64,000 bases of DNA from Cenococcum geophilum (Eukaryota): assembly GCA_050273025.1 (NCBI GenBank), contig CP158636.1:10354001-10418000 (forward strand), written 5' to 3'. How positions within the stretch are numbered: position 1 is the first letter of the stretch; each line of letters begins with the position of its first letter. The translations under genes and the position numbers were made by a program. Below the pieces are notes generated by a model, which was given only the letters and a program-made list of their open reading frames with translations, made no database searches and was not told the origin of the DNA. Below are positions 1-13,045 of the stretch, piece after piece.

Positions 1-1431
1 GGGAAAAACTCCCCCTTAGGGTACCCTATTAATCTTAAAGAGATTAATTTTAGTTAGTTAATGGGTAGAAAGTATTTTACCGTTCTATATATAGTATCTT
101 AAAATAAATATAAAGTAAATATAACCGCCCTTATTAACACTAGAGCAAATAGCTTTACCTTTATAAATACTGCCTATATAAATAATATTGCCAAATTTCT
201 AAATATAAAAGCTATCTAATTAGAGAAGCCTATTTAGGTAAAAGGCTATAACGGCTAAGCCGGTCGGCCGATTACCTATATCTTAAATTTATATATTGCT
301 TTTAACGGATAATGCTAATATAGTATCCCTTTCTGCATCCTAGACCTAGGGTCCTATAGTATAATCCTTAGCCGAAAATGGATGTTCTATTTTAATATTT
401 AGCTAAATATATAATAAAGATAATTTGTTTAGCCAGAGGATAGACCAAAACTACCCTTATTTATTAGGGAAATCCGAACTAATTATAAGACACTAGCCGT
501 AAAGGCTAACCCTACCTACTAGTAGGATGCCTAGGCCCGTAACCTAGCCTTTGCCTAAAAAGACGCTTGCCGCAAAGCTAGAAAAAACTCTATACTAACA
601 AAGATACTCTCTTAAAGCGCTATGTCTAAAGAGGACTCTATATATAGAAGCGGGATAGAGAGTAATATAGATAATATTTAAGTCGCGCAGATTTAACCGG
701 TATAGAAAAGAATATATTAATAGAATATAAGGGATAACCTTTAAAAGATATAATAGGAGCTAAAAGGAGTAATAATAACGCTAGTACCTTAAAAGCCCCT
801 AAAGTTATATATACCCCCTATAGTAAACATCGCCGTAATTAGCGCTATAGCGTTTTACTTTAATATATACCGGAAGGATAATAAGGTCTTTATAATAAGC
901 CTATATAAGATTAACCAAATTATTAATAATAGGGAGGAAAAGCTGGCTAAGGAAACTAATAAGGAACTAGTTAAACGCCTCCTTTTTACTATTTATATAG
1001 ATTATAAGGATATATTCTTAAAAGCGGCCTTAGATAAATTACCCCCTTACTAGATATATAATTATAAGATTTAATTAGAAGCCAATAACTCGCTAGGCTA
1101 TAGCCCCCTCTACTAATAATTAATGGATAAGCTAAAAGCAATAAAGTAGTACTTAATTGATAACTTAGATAAAGGGTTTATTAAGCTAAGTTAAGCCCCT
1201 TTTACTTCCCCTATTTTATTTATAAAAAAGCCTAATAAAGGCCTTAATTTTTATATTAACTATTAAAAGCTAAATGCTATTACTTAAAAGGACCAGTACC
1301 CTATTTCTTTAATTAACGAGACCCTTATACGTCTAAGCTAGGTAAAGATCTTTACTAAACTTAATATCCGCTAAGCTTTCTACTAAATTAGGATAAACCC
1401 TATATCTAAAGATTTAACAACATTTTATACC

Positions 1432-1624
1432 TGTTGGTACCAATTTAATGGTATAAGTGAGTCGTGTCTAGGGGCACGAAATACGTATAGTATCGTATGC
1501 TCATTTAGACGGTGGTGACTTGTTCTTCTAATCGTACATGAAGTGGTAGAATTTAAGGGGTTTCCTGAGCTCGCTTAGCTCACGTGACTGCGACCACAAA
1601 TTCCTCTTCGAACTCGTTCAGACA
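1432..1624. mobile_element. Solo LTR (193 bp) inserted in the RT of Gypsy copy 1
   Basis: TGTTGG...CAGACA ends; 5-bp TSD ATACC (1427-1431, 1625-1629); absent at the homologous site of copy 2 (~9126); retains CA/TG dinucleotides. Confidence 0.9.
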
Positions 1625-4554
1625 ATACCTATTATAGTTCCTATAAATATAAAGTTCTTCCTTTTAGACTAATAAACGGACCGGCTATATACTAAAGGTA
1701 TATAAATAACGTTCTTTTTAATTACCTTAATGAGTTCTATACGGTATACCTAGACAACATTTTTATATACTTAGACGACAAACTTAAATATTAAGTTTAT
1801 ATTAAGAAGGTTCTAGAGAGACTATAAAACACAGGCTTATAAGTTAATATTAAGAAATGCGAGTTTAGGGTAAAACGTATAAAATACCTTAGGTTTATTA
1901 TAACTATAGAAGGAATTAAGGTCGACCCTAAAAAGGTAAAGGTAATCCATAACTAGAAGCCCCCTTATATAGTAAAAGGAATCTAATCCTTTCTTAGTTT
2001 TTATAACTTCTACTATTAGTTTATCCGCGACTATAGAATTGTAGTAAAACCTCTTATACGACTAACTAGGAAGGACACACCTTTTGTCTTTAATAATAAC
2101 TATATAAAAGCCTTTAAAGAGATAAAGGATTAGCTTATCTCTTCCTTAATCCTTTATTACTATAACCTAGACCTTAAATTAATGCTAGAAACGGATGCCT
2201 CTAATAGGGTTATAGCGGGAATCCTATTATAGTTATATTTAGACGGCGAATAATACCCTATTGCCTTCTTTTTAAAAATAATAAACCTGGCTAAGTATAA
2301 TTATAAAGTATATAATAAAGAGATACTAGCTATTATTTAATTACTCTCCTAACAGCGCGCAGAGCTTAAAGGTATAAATTTCTAGATTAAGATATATATA
2401 AACTACAAAGCCCTAGAGTACTTTATAACTATAAAGCAGCTTACTAAATAATAAGCCTAGTAGGCTAAAACACTCTTCTAATTCTTCTTTATAATTATAT
2501 ATTATTCTAGTAAGTAAAACTCTAAGGCTAATACCCTAACCTAAAGAGAATAAGATGTAGGACCCTAGGATAAGCTAAAGACCTAATATTGGACGTACGC
2601 CCTTTTCTATCCCAAATAGCTTAACCCGTAGATTCTTAAGGAGCTAGACTCTTAGCTAAACAAGCTAGCATTAATAAAGGAGACCTTAGATAAACTAATA
2701 GGGCTAATTAACCGCCTCCTAACTGTAAACCGCACGGCTAACGCCCTAAAGGCCCTCCGTGATTAAGCCGCAAAGAAAAACCCCGATTTTAAAGCGGAGG
2801 AAGGGTTACTCCTATACTAGAAGCGGCTTATAGTCCCTAACATTAATAATCTACGGACTAAACTAATCCGCGAAGCTTATTACTAAGTTTTTATAGTATA
2901 CCCTAGCAAGAACAAAACCTATAAAATTATTAACTGCCGCTACTACTAGCTAAGAATGGTTATAAATATTAATTAATATATATAGAACTGCGAAGACTAT
3001 AGGAGAGCTATAATTCTATAGGATAAGACACTAGGATTACTTAAGCTACTCCTAATACTAAAGCGCCCTTAGTAGTATATCTCTATAGACTTTTATAAAC
3101 TACCTAGGGACCGTAATAAATATAATATAGTTATAATTATAGTCAACCACTTTGGTAAACGCCCGTTTTTAATTCCCTATTATAAGAACATTAATGCTAA
3201 AGATGCAGCCCGGTTATATATTTATTACATTTACCAAATCTATAAACTACTAGATACTATTATATCTAATTATAGGCTATAGTTTATATCGGCCTTCTAG
3301 AATAAGTTTACTTAAATTTTAGGTATTAAGCTAAAGCTTTCTATAGCTTACTACCCCTAGATAAACAGTTAGACAGAGATTATAAATTAGTACCTAGACT
3401 AGAGGCTTAGGCCCTTTATTAACTATTTCTAAAATAACTAGTCTAAACTACTACCCTTAATAGACTACGCCTAAGCAACCCTACTCTATAACTCTATAGA
3501 GGTTGCCCCAATTTAGCTAGAAATGGGATACTTACCCTATATAAGCTTTAACTAGAAAAGGCTAGAAGAACCTTAGACTGTATAAAAGAAGCTATCCTAT
3601 ACTAAGGCCTAATAGTACGCTAAATGTTTAGAAGAAGCTTAGACGGTAGCCTATAAGAACCTAGAAAAAGCTTAAAGGTTAATAAAATAGTAGGTAAATA
3701 AACACTATTAAGACCCTAACTTTACCCCTAGTAATATAGTCTAGGTTATAATAAGGAATTAAAAGACTAAACGACCTAGCCGTAAGCTAGGCTACTAAAT
3801 AGTAGGACTATATAAGGTTCTTAAGAAGATAGGTAACTTGTATAAGGTAAAGCTTCTAGATTTAATTAGGGTTTACCCTATTTTCTCGCTAGATAAGTTA
3901 CGGAAAGCTATAAACAACCTATTACCTAGATAAAAGAACGAGCCTTCCCTACTAGTTTAAGTAAACGGTAATAATAAATAGGAAGTTAATAAAATACTAG
4001 CCTATAAGATAGTATAGGGAACGCTAAAATACTGTATCTAATAGAAGGGCTATAATTTAGACCTAACCTAGTACCCTATATAGAACTTTATAGGCTACCC
4101 CTAAAAGCTTAAAGAGTTTTATAATTAATACCCTAATACGCCTAAACCCCTAAAGTACCTAGATAAATAGATGGAATACTAGTATAATAAGGATAATAAG
4201 TTACTAGAGGAATATAGGAACAAAAACGCCCCAAAGCCTTAATATAGCTATTTACCAAATTCTGCCATATTCTGCCAAATTCTGCTAGTACCGTAAAATT
4301 TCAGATATCTAGGAACTTTAACCGCCGGTTAAAGTTACCTAATTGGTTAGATCCGTGCTAAGACTTTTTAACGGCTATTCTTTCTAGCCTAGTGCTTCTA
4401 CTTAGCCTATAATCGCCTTTTATACTTAATCTGGGCGTACTTATATCCCCTTTATCTCCTTATCTTATATTTTATAATCCTACGTTTATAAGCCTAGTGC
4501 TACCCTATTTCTAACTAAGCCTAAAGGCAGGCTTTCTTTTAAAGAGGGGGGTGA

Positions 4555-4766
4555 TATAATAGCGCTATTGTACGTTACCTGCTAAATTCTGCCATATTTT
4601 ACTAACCTATAATTGGCTCGCCTGGAGCTAGCGCCTTAGCGGCTTACCCTATATATTTATTTACATCGGTCCTAGTAACCCCTTTTTCCCTTCTTCTTAG
4701 CTTCGTATCTTTGTAATATAGCATTCTATAAGCTTCGGTTTAGAGGTATTTATATAAGCCGTAACA
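4555..4766 (+). repeat. 3' LTR of Gypsy copy 1
   Basis: Matches 6079-6290 and 14539-14750; follows the PPT; ends GTAACA. Confidence 0.95.
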
Positions 4767-5882
4767 CGTATACCTAAGATTAAGCCTTACCTATTTCCTT
4801 ATATAATTAAATCACCACAACTATGCCTATAGAATCCGAAATTATTGGGATACGCGTATAAGATGCACTTCGTAAGTTATTACGCATAAAAACACCCAAT
4901 ATTTAATTGGCAGCCTACCTATATAATACGCCGTTTAAACGTGTCTATAACCGCGTTAATAGTATTAAGAGCAAGATGCAGAGGCCTGGTAGTAATAAAA
5001 TGCTTAATTAACACTAGGAGGCCATACTCCTATCCTATATTAATTAAATGGACCGCCTTAGAGTCGGCGCGCTGTTCCACTAAGTCCATAATTGCGCGCA
5101 GCGTATCCTTAAGCTTTATGCGCCTAACGGCACCAAACCACCTACTCTTAGACGCGACTAGACTAAGAGATTCCTTAAATAAAATATAACTACATTTAAA
5201 TCCTTATCTATCCTATTAGGATAAGTAAAGACTAGCCTTATTCTATACAATCCTAAAGTTATATTAACTAGATTGCGACGTTAAATAGCTATAGTGCGTC
5301 TATCTACGCCACTACTAATAACACTATAACTACCGCGGCTATAACCTACAGTGCCATAAACCTAATATACTGTATAGCTTACAAATAACGATAAACCAGG
5401 TTCGCAGCTTTATTATTAAGCAGCCTAATAGGGTAAGGAATCCTTTGTTAATACTTTATAAGAGCGCTAAGAAGAATACCGTGCTTTACTTATTAGTAGA
5501 GGAGGACCTATATTTAATGTAGGTAGTGGTACGCGCCCGCGTAAAGCGTTAAAGGACTAATTAACGGGTTATTTAAAGGGGAGGCTTAATATCTGCAGTA
5601 GATGGACGGCTTAAAGTATTATAATAAGTTCAAAAGGAAGCAGAGAAGGCAGGTAGGGTAGCTGCACGTACAGTAAAGAAGTAGGTAAAGGAGGACGCTA
5701 CACAACGTGCAGAGGCCTTAGACTCGTAATATTTGGCAGGATTGTAGCTAGGCTATTGCTTAAGGTGCTCTACTAAGGATTTCTGTATATATGTAGCCTA
5801 CGTAGAAATCTACGGCTTTAAAATCATATAGTGGGGCTCGTGTTCCGTTAAGCTCGGTGTTCCGTTAAGCTATGTAGGACTA
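4767..5882 (+). mobile_element. Fot1/pogo-like DNA transposon relic, internally deleted; left end displaced by Gypsy copy 1
   Basis: Degenerate ORF from ATG 4823 to ~5729 with HTH/CENP-B-like N-terminus (IRLAARL..APFKRVYNR) and basic Fot1-type C-terminus, but no DDE core visible. Terminal region has the direct repeat GTGTTCCGTTAAGCT x2 (5840-5854, 5857-5871) and ends ...GGACTA followed by TA. Confidence 0.75.
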
Positions 5883-8800
5883 TACGCGTAAGCGAATAGT
5901 CCGTGGGGCGGATAACGAATTAAACCGTTAAAATAAGGTTTCGCTAAGACGCTAACTTAGACCCTACCTAACCTATTAAATTCTAAAAATAATAACTAAT
6001 ATAAACAAATCTTTATTTAAAATTAACCTTATCCTTAATAAGCCATCTAATTAGACTTAATGGTTCTTTATTATTTAATGTAACGGCACTATCGCACGTT
6101 ACCTGCCAAATTCTACCATATTCTGCCGACCTGTGATTAGCTCGCCTAGAGCTAGCGCCTTAGCGGCTCACCCTATATATTTATTTACATTAGTCCTAGT
6201 AACCCCTTTTTCCCTTCTCCTTAGCTTAGTATCTTCGTAATATAATATTCTACAAGCTTTAGTTTAGAGGCATTTATATAAGCCGTAATATTATACTAAG
6301 CTTACCCTACCCTACCTAGGAAGGCCTTAATAATATCCTACCCTAAAAGAAACTTTGTCTATAATAACGCGTTAACGCGCTATACTTAGACACTAAAATA
6401 ACTCTATACTGCCTAGGAAGGCCTAGATAATATTCTACCTTATAAGCTAAATAGGACTAGACCTATACCCCTAGAATTAAAACTAAAGCGTATAATACTA
6501 ACAAACCCTAAGAAGCTAACGATAGCACCTAAAGTAAGCTTATTTAAGAGAGCTGCCTCTACCTAAGAGGAACCTAAGATCTAATTAGGATTAGAAATTA
6601 AAGATAATAATAATATTATAGACGTATATAAGCAGATTCGCGCCCTTATAGCTAGCCAGAAGGCTAATTATCTTAAAGTAAGAAATATATAAGAGACCCT
6701 ATAAGAGATTCTAGAAAGCCTTACAGCCCTATAAAATAGCCTAGCTTTTCTTCCTAAAGCCCTAGCTAACCTATTTACTCTACTAAATATAATATACTAG
6801 GGAGTACGGATATAATAATAAAGTAATTAAAGTTTATTAAGCTTCCTAACCCCTAACCCCTATCTAATAGGATAAACCCTACCTTTAAAAATTAGAGGAT
6901 CTAAGTATAAGGAAAACTCCGCGTTAACTATAACTATTTTCCCTCTAAAGAAGCTAAGATGCTTTACCTCTTTAGTTAAACTATAGGAGATGCCTAACGT
7001 TACCTTTAAGCTAAATTTAAGGACGACTTCCCTATCTGCTTTATATCTATTAGTAAAATACTATAGTATTTAGCCACTATATATATAAACCCAAACAAAG
7101 CACAGGACGCGCGTTATAACTATAATGGCTTAATAATAAAGTTAAACTAATCCTTTACTAAGTTTTAGACTTAATTCTTATACCTAGTAAGCGAAGGCTA
7201 GGTTCCCCTTAAGAACTACTATTTAGACCTATATAATAAGCTAATAGTTTAACTATAAAAAAAGATTATAGTAGCCTTAGATAACCTACTAACCTACTAA
7301 AAACTTGCAGCTTAATATCTGTTACTTAACTTAGAATTAAAGCGAATTAACGCCCGTTCTAATTAATAAAAAAGGGCTTATAGTAGTTAAAACTTATTAA
7401 CTATACCTATAGGAGCTAGAGTAGAAAGATAAGCTATAACGGCCCTTATACTAAAAGCGGTTATATCTATATACTAGCGAGCCTCGCCTAACTAACTACG
7501 TACTACACTATTAACTAGTACTCGTCGCAATACCCTAATTAACCCTACCTCGGCTATATACTATAACTATAATAAAGAGGATTACTTTACCTTATCTTAC
7601 CTAGAGCTAAAGAATATAGGCAATATTAAGGAAATAAAGGAAGGAAAAATATCCGACAAGTTAGGAAAAAAAGAGCCCTAGGGAAAGACTCCCCCCTAGG
7701 GTACCCTATTAATCTTAAAGAGATTAATCTTAGTTAGTTAATAGGTAGGAAGTATTTTACTATTCTATATATAGTATCTTAAAATAGATATAGAGTAAAT
7801 ATAACCGCCCTTATTAATACTAGAGTAAATAGCTTTACCTTTATAAATACTGCCTATATAAATAATATTGCCAAATTTCTAAATATAAAAGCTACCTAAT
7901 TAGAGAAGCCTATTTAAATAAAAGGCTATAACGGCTAAGCCGGTTAGCTAGTTACCTACATCTTAAAGTTATATATTACTCTTAACGGATAACGCTAATA
8001 TAGTATCCCTTTCTATATCCTAGACCTAGGGTTCTATAATATAATCCTTAGCTAAAAATAGATATCCTATTTTAATATTTGGCTAAATATATAATAAAGA
8101 CAATTTATCTGGCTAGAGGATAGACTAAAACTACCCTTATTTATTAGGGAAATCTAAACTAATTATAAAACACTAGCTGTAAAGGCTAACCCTACCTACT
8201 AGTAGGATATTTGGGCCCGTGACCTAGCTTTTACCTAAAAAGACGCTTTCCGCGAAGCTAGAAAGAACTCTATACTAATAAAGATACTCTCCTAAAGCGC
8301 TACGTCTAAAGAGGACTTTACATACGGAAGCAGAATAAAGAGTAACGTAGATAATGTCTAAGTCGCGTAGATCTAACTAGTATAGAAAAGAACGTATTAA
8401 TAGGATATAAGGGATAACCTCTAAAAGATACGACAGAAGCTAAAAGGAGTAATAATAACGCTAGTACCCTAAAAGCCCCTAAAGTTATATATACCCCTAT
8501 TATTATATAAACCCCCTATAGTAGATATTACCGTAATTAGCGCTATAGCGTTCCACTTTAATATATACTAGAAGAATAATAAGTTCTTTATAATAAGCCT
8601 ATATAAGATTAACCAAATTATTAATAATAGGGAGAAAAAGCTGGCTAAAAAAACTAATAAGGAACTAGTTAAACGCCTCCTTTTTACTATTTATATAGAT
8701 TATAAGGATACATTCTTAAAAGCGGCCTTAGGTAAGTTACCCCCTTACTAGATATACAATTATAAGATTTAATTAAAAGCCAATAACTCGCTAGGCTATA

Positions 8801-10929
8801 GCCCCCTCTATTAATAATTAATAGATAAGCTAAAAGTAATAAAGTAGTACTTAATTAATAACCTAGATAAAGGGTTTATTAAGCTAAGTTAAGCCCCTTT
8901 TACTTCCCTTATTCTATTTATAAAAAAGCTTAATAGAGGCCTTTATTTTTATATTAACTATTAAAAGCTAAATACTATTACTTAAAAGAACTGGTACCCT
9001 ATTCCTTTAATTAACGAGACCCTTATACATCTAAGCTAGGTAAAGATCTTTACTAAACTTAATATCCGCTAAGCTTTCTACTAAATTAGGATAAACCCTA
9101 TATTTAAAGATTTAATAACGTTCCGTACCTATTATAGTTCCTATAAATATAAAGTTCTTCCTTTTAGACTAATAAACGGACTGGCTATATACGAAAGGTA
9201 TATAAATGACGTTCTTTTTAATTACCTTAATAAGTTCTATATAGTATACCTAGATAATATTCTTATATACTTAGACAATAAACTTAAGTATTAAGTTTAT
9301 ATTAAAAAGGTCCTAGAGAGACTACGGAACGTAGGCTTATAAGTTAATATTAAGAAATACGAGTTTAGGGTAAAATATATAAAATACCTTAGGTTTATTA
9401 TAACTATAAAAGGAATTAAGGTTAACCCTAAGAAGGTAAAGGCAATTCGTAACTAGAAGCCCCTTTATATAGTAAAAGGAATCTAATCCTTTCTTAGTTT
9501 TTATAACTTTTACTATTAGTTTATCCGCGACTATGGAATTATAGTAAAACCTCTTATATAACTAACTAGAAAGAACACGCCTTTTATTTTTAATAATAAC
9601 TATATAAAAGCCTTTAAAGAGATAAAGAATCGGCTTATCTCTTCCTTAATTCTTTATTACTATAACCTAGACCTTAAATTAATGCTAGAAATGGATGCCT
9701 CTAATAGGGTTATAGTAAGAATCCTATTACAGTTATATTTAGATAGTAAATAGTACTTTATTACCTTCTTCTTAAAAATAATAAACCTAGCTAAGTATAA
9801 CTATAAAGTATATAATAAAGAGATACTAGCTATTATTTAATTACTCTCCTAATAGCGCGTAGAGCTTAAAGGTATAAACTTCTGGATTAAGATATATATA
9901 GACTATAAAGCCCTAAAGTACTTTATAACTATAAAGCAGCTTACTAAATAATAAGCTTAGTAGGTTAAAATACTTTCCTAATTCTTCTTTATAATTATAT
10001 ATCGTTCTAGTAAGTAAAACTCTAAGGCTAATACCTTAACCTAAAAAGAATAAGACGTAGGACCCTAGAATAAAGCTAAAGACCTAATATTAGACGCGCG
10101 CCCTCTTTTATCCTAAATAGCTTAACCTATAAATCCTTAAGGAGCTAAACTCCTAGCTAAACGAGCTAGTATTAATAGAGGAGACTTTAGATAAACTAAT
10201 AGGGCTAATTAACTACCTCCTAACTATAAACCGCACGGCTAACGCCCTAAAGGCCCTCTGCAATTAAGCTATAAAAAAAGACCCCAATTTTAAAGCGGAG
10301 GGAGGGTTGCTCCTATACTAGGAGCAGCTTATAGTCCCTAACGTTAATAATCTATAAACTAAACTAATCCGCGAAGCTTATTACTAAGTTTCTACGGTAT
10401 ACCCTAATAAGAATAAAACCTATAAAATTATTAACTGCCGCTACTACTAGCCGAGAATAGTTGCGGATATTAATTAATATATATAGAACTGCGAAAACTA
10501 TAGGAGAGCTATAATCCTATAGGATAAGACACTAGAACTACTTAAGTTACTCCTAATACTAAAGCGCCCTTAGTAGTATATTTTTATAAACTTTTATAAA
10601 CTACCTAGGGACCGTAACGGATATAATATAGTTATAGTTATAGTTAACCGCTTTAATAAACACCTATTCTTAATTCCCTATTATAAGAACATTAATACTA
10701 AAGAGGTAGCCTAGCTATATATCTATTATATCTACCAAATCTATAAACTACTAGATACTATTATATCTAATTATAGGCTATAGTTTATATCGGCCTTTTA
10801 GAATAAGTTTACCTAAATCCTAGGTATTAAGCTAAAGCTTTTTATAACTTACTACCCCTAAATAGACACATCGGGAAAATATTCGCAGGATAAGATTTAA
10901 GTTGACTTTGGTGTTCGCGTTTCGCGTAA

Positions 10930-11400
10930 TTAACATGCAATTTAATTAACTCGACACGCAATTGACTAACTTAACACGTAATTAACTAACTTAACACACA
11001 ATTTAACTAACTCGACATATAGTTAACTTACTTAACATACAATTTAACTAACTTAACACGCAGTTAACCTACTTAATATATAATTTAACTAACTTAATAC
11101 GCAGTTAACCTACTTAACATGCAATTTAACTAACTTAACACGCAGTTGACCTACTTAACATACAATTTAACTAACTTAATACGCAGTTAACCTACTTAAT
11201 ATGCAATTTAACTAACTTAACACGTAGTTAACCTACTTAACATGCAATTTAACTAACTTAATACGCAGTTGACCTACTTAATATATAATTTAACTAACTT
11301 AATACGCAGTTAACCTACTTAATATATTTAAAAGTTAAATAACACGCAGTTAACCTACTTAATAACTTTAAAAGCTAACTGTATATTCCTTAACATGCAA
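10930..11400. repeat. ~41-bp minisatellite (two ~20-bp subunits) GCAGTTAACCTACTTAACATGCAATTTAACTAACTTAACAC
   Basis: Direct inspection; degenerate toward both edges. Confidence 0.9.
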
Positions 11401-11460
11401 TTAAGGTAAAGTTATATGCTAATTACGCAAATAAATTTTTACACAGTTTTATTACTTAGA

Positions 11461-12115
11461 GGCTCTGCATAAGGCTCTACACGAAGCTCTACACGAAGCT
11501 CTGCGTACAGAGGCTCTGCACGAAGCTCTGCACGAAGCTCTGCACGAAGCTCTGCACGAAGCTCTGCACGAAGCTCTGCACGAAGCTCTGCACGAAGCTC
11601 TGCACGAAGCTCTGCACGAAGCTCTGCACGAAGCTCTGCACGAAGCTCTGCACGAAGCTCTGCACGAAGCTCTGCACGAAGCTCTGCACGAAGCTCTGCA
11701 CGAAGCTCTGCACGAAGCTCTGCACGAAGCTCTGCACGAAGCTCTGCACGAAGCTCTGCACGAAGCTCTGCACGAAGCTCTGCACGAAGCTCTGCACGAA
11801 GCTCTGCACGAAGCTCTGCACGAAGCTCTGCACGAAGCTCTGCACGAAGTTCTGCACGAAGCTCTACACGAAGCTTTGCATAAGGCTCTACACGAGGCTC
11901 TACACGAAGCTCTGCGTACAGAGGCTCTGCACGAAGCTCTGCGTACAGAGGCTCTGCCCGAAGCTCTGCGTACAGAGGCTCTGCCCGAAGCTCTACGTAC
12001 AGAGGCTCTGCGCGAAGCTCTGCGTACGGAGGCTCTGCACGAGGCTCTGCACGAAGCTCTGCACGAGGCTCTGCGCGAAGCTCTGCGTACAGAGGCTCTA
12101 CACGAAGCTCTGCAT
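11461..12115 (+). repeat. 12-bp satellite GCACGAAGCTCT; about 28 perfect copies at ~11513-11849 plus variants
   Basis: Five identical 60-bp lines at 11521-11820; flanking variants with GCGTACAGAG inserts. Confidence 0.98.
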
Positions 12116-12229
12116 CGGGTCCCCGCTATATTCCCGATAGCCTCTCCTATGTAGCCACCTTATTTTTTTTATCCATCCATCCTTCCTTACATCCTCCCTA
12201 CCTAGGGAGGCACCAGAACGGCAGCTAGC

Positions 12230-12575
12230 AGAGGACCGTCGCCAGAACTAGACGACCGTTACCAGAACCAGACGACCGTCGCCGTTGCCAGAACTAGAAC
12301 ACCGTTACCAGAACCAGACGACTGTTGCTAGAACGAGACGACCGTCGCCAGAACCAGACGACTATTGCTAGAACTAGACGACCGTTACCAGAACCAGACG
12401 ACCGTTGCCGTTGCCAGACGACCGTTACTAGAACCACACAACCGTTGCCAGACGACCGTCGCCAGAGCTAGACGACCGTCGCCAGAACTAGACGATCGTT
12501 GCTAGAACCAGACGACCGTTACCAGAACTAGACGACCGTTGCCAGAACCAGACGACCGTCGCCAGAGCCAGACGA
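12230..12575. repeat. 20-bp minisatellite GCCAGAACCAGACGACCGTY
   Basis: Direct inspection. Confidence 0.92.
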
Positions 12576-12654
12576 TAACGACTAGCCAGCGAACACTATA
12601 AACGATTTAATCGATCGATTGAATCAAGGTAGCATAGACAGGTAGGCACAAATA

Positions 12655-13045
12655 GGGAGATGCTGACGGGTAGGCAGATGCTGATAGGTAGGTAGATGTA
12701 GACTAGTAATCAGATATAGACAGGCAAGCAGATGTAGATAGGTAAGTAAATGCTAACGGGTAGGCAGATATAGATAGGTAGGCAGATGTAAATAGGTAGG
12801 CGATGCAGATAGGTAGGCAATGCAGACAGGTAGGCAATGCAGATAGGTAGGCGATGTAGATAGGTAGGCAATGTAAACAGGTAGGCGATGCAGATAGGTA
12901 GACGATGTAGACAGGTAGGCGATGTAGACAGGTAGGTAATGCAGATAGGTAGGCGATGCAGACAGGTAGGCAATGTAGACAGGTAGGCGATGTAGGTAGG
13001 TAGGTAGATAGGTAGGTAGGTAAGTCAATAGGTAGATAGGTAGAA
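12655..13045. repeat. 17-bp minisatellite GCGATGYAGAYAGGTAG grading into (AGGT)n
   Basis: Direct inspection. Confidence 0.9.

Larger units (their letters stand above)
1..4766 (+). mobile_element. Ty3/Gypsy chromovirus copy 1 (family A), 5' part outside window, RIP-inactivated pol plus 3' LTR
   Basis: De-RIPed translation gives protease (ALIDTGA-like ~127), RT YLDD-like (~1747), RNase H LETDAS (~2184), integrase HPQTDGQTE-like (~3351) and chromodomain (~3975-4130). PPT AAAGAGGGGGG at 4541-4551 precedes a 212-bp LTR at 4555-4766. Colinear with copy 2. Confidence 0.95.

Noticed and set aside
11489..12154. ORFs of VQSF / LHEA repeats
   Set aside because: Stop-free translations of a 12-bp satellite inside a non-coding TIR element; no evidence of protein coding.
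12710..13028. ORFs in the 17-bp array
   Set aside because: Minisatellite translation artefacts.
10930..13045. CRISPR-like appearance of regular repeats
   Set aside because: Head-to-tail units without unique spacers, no cas genes, eukaryotic context.
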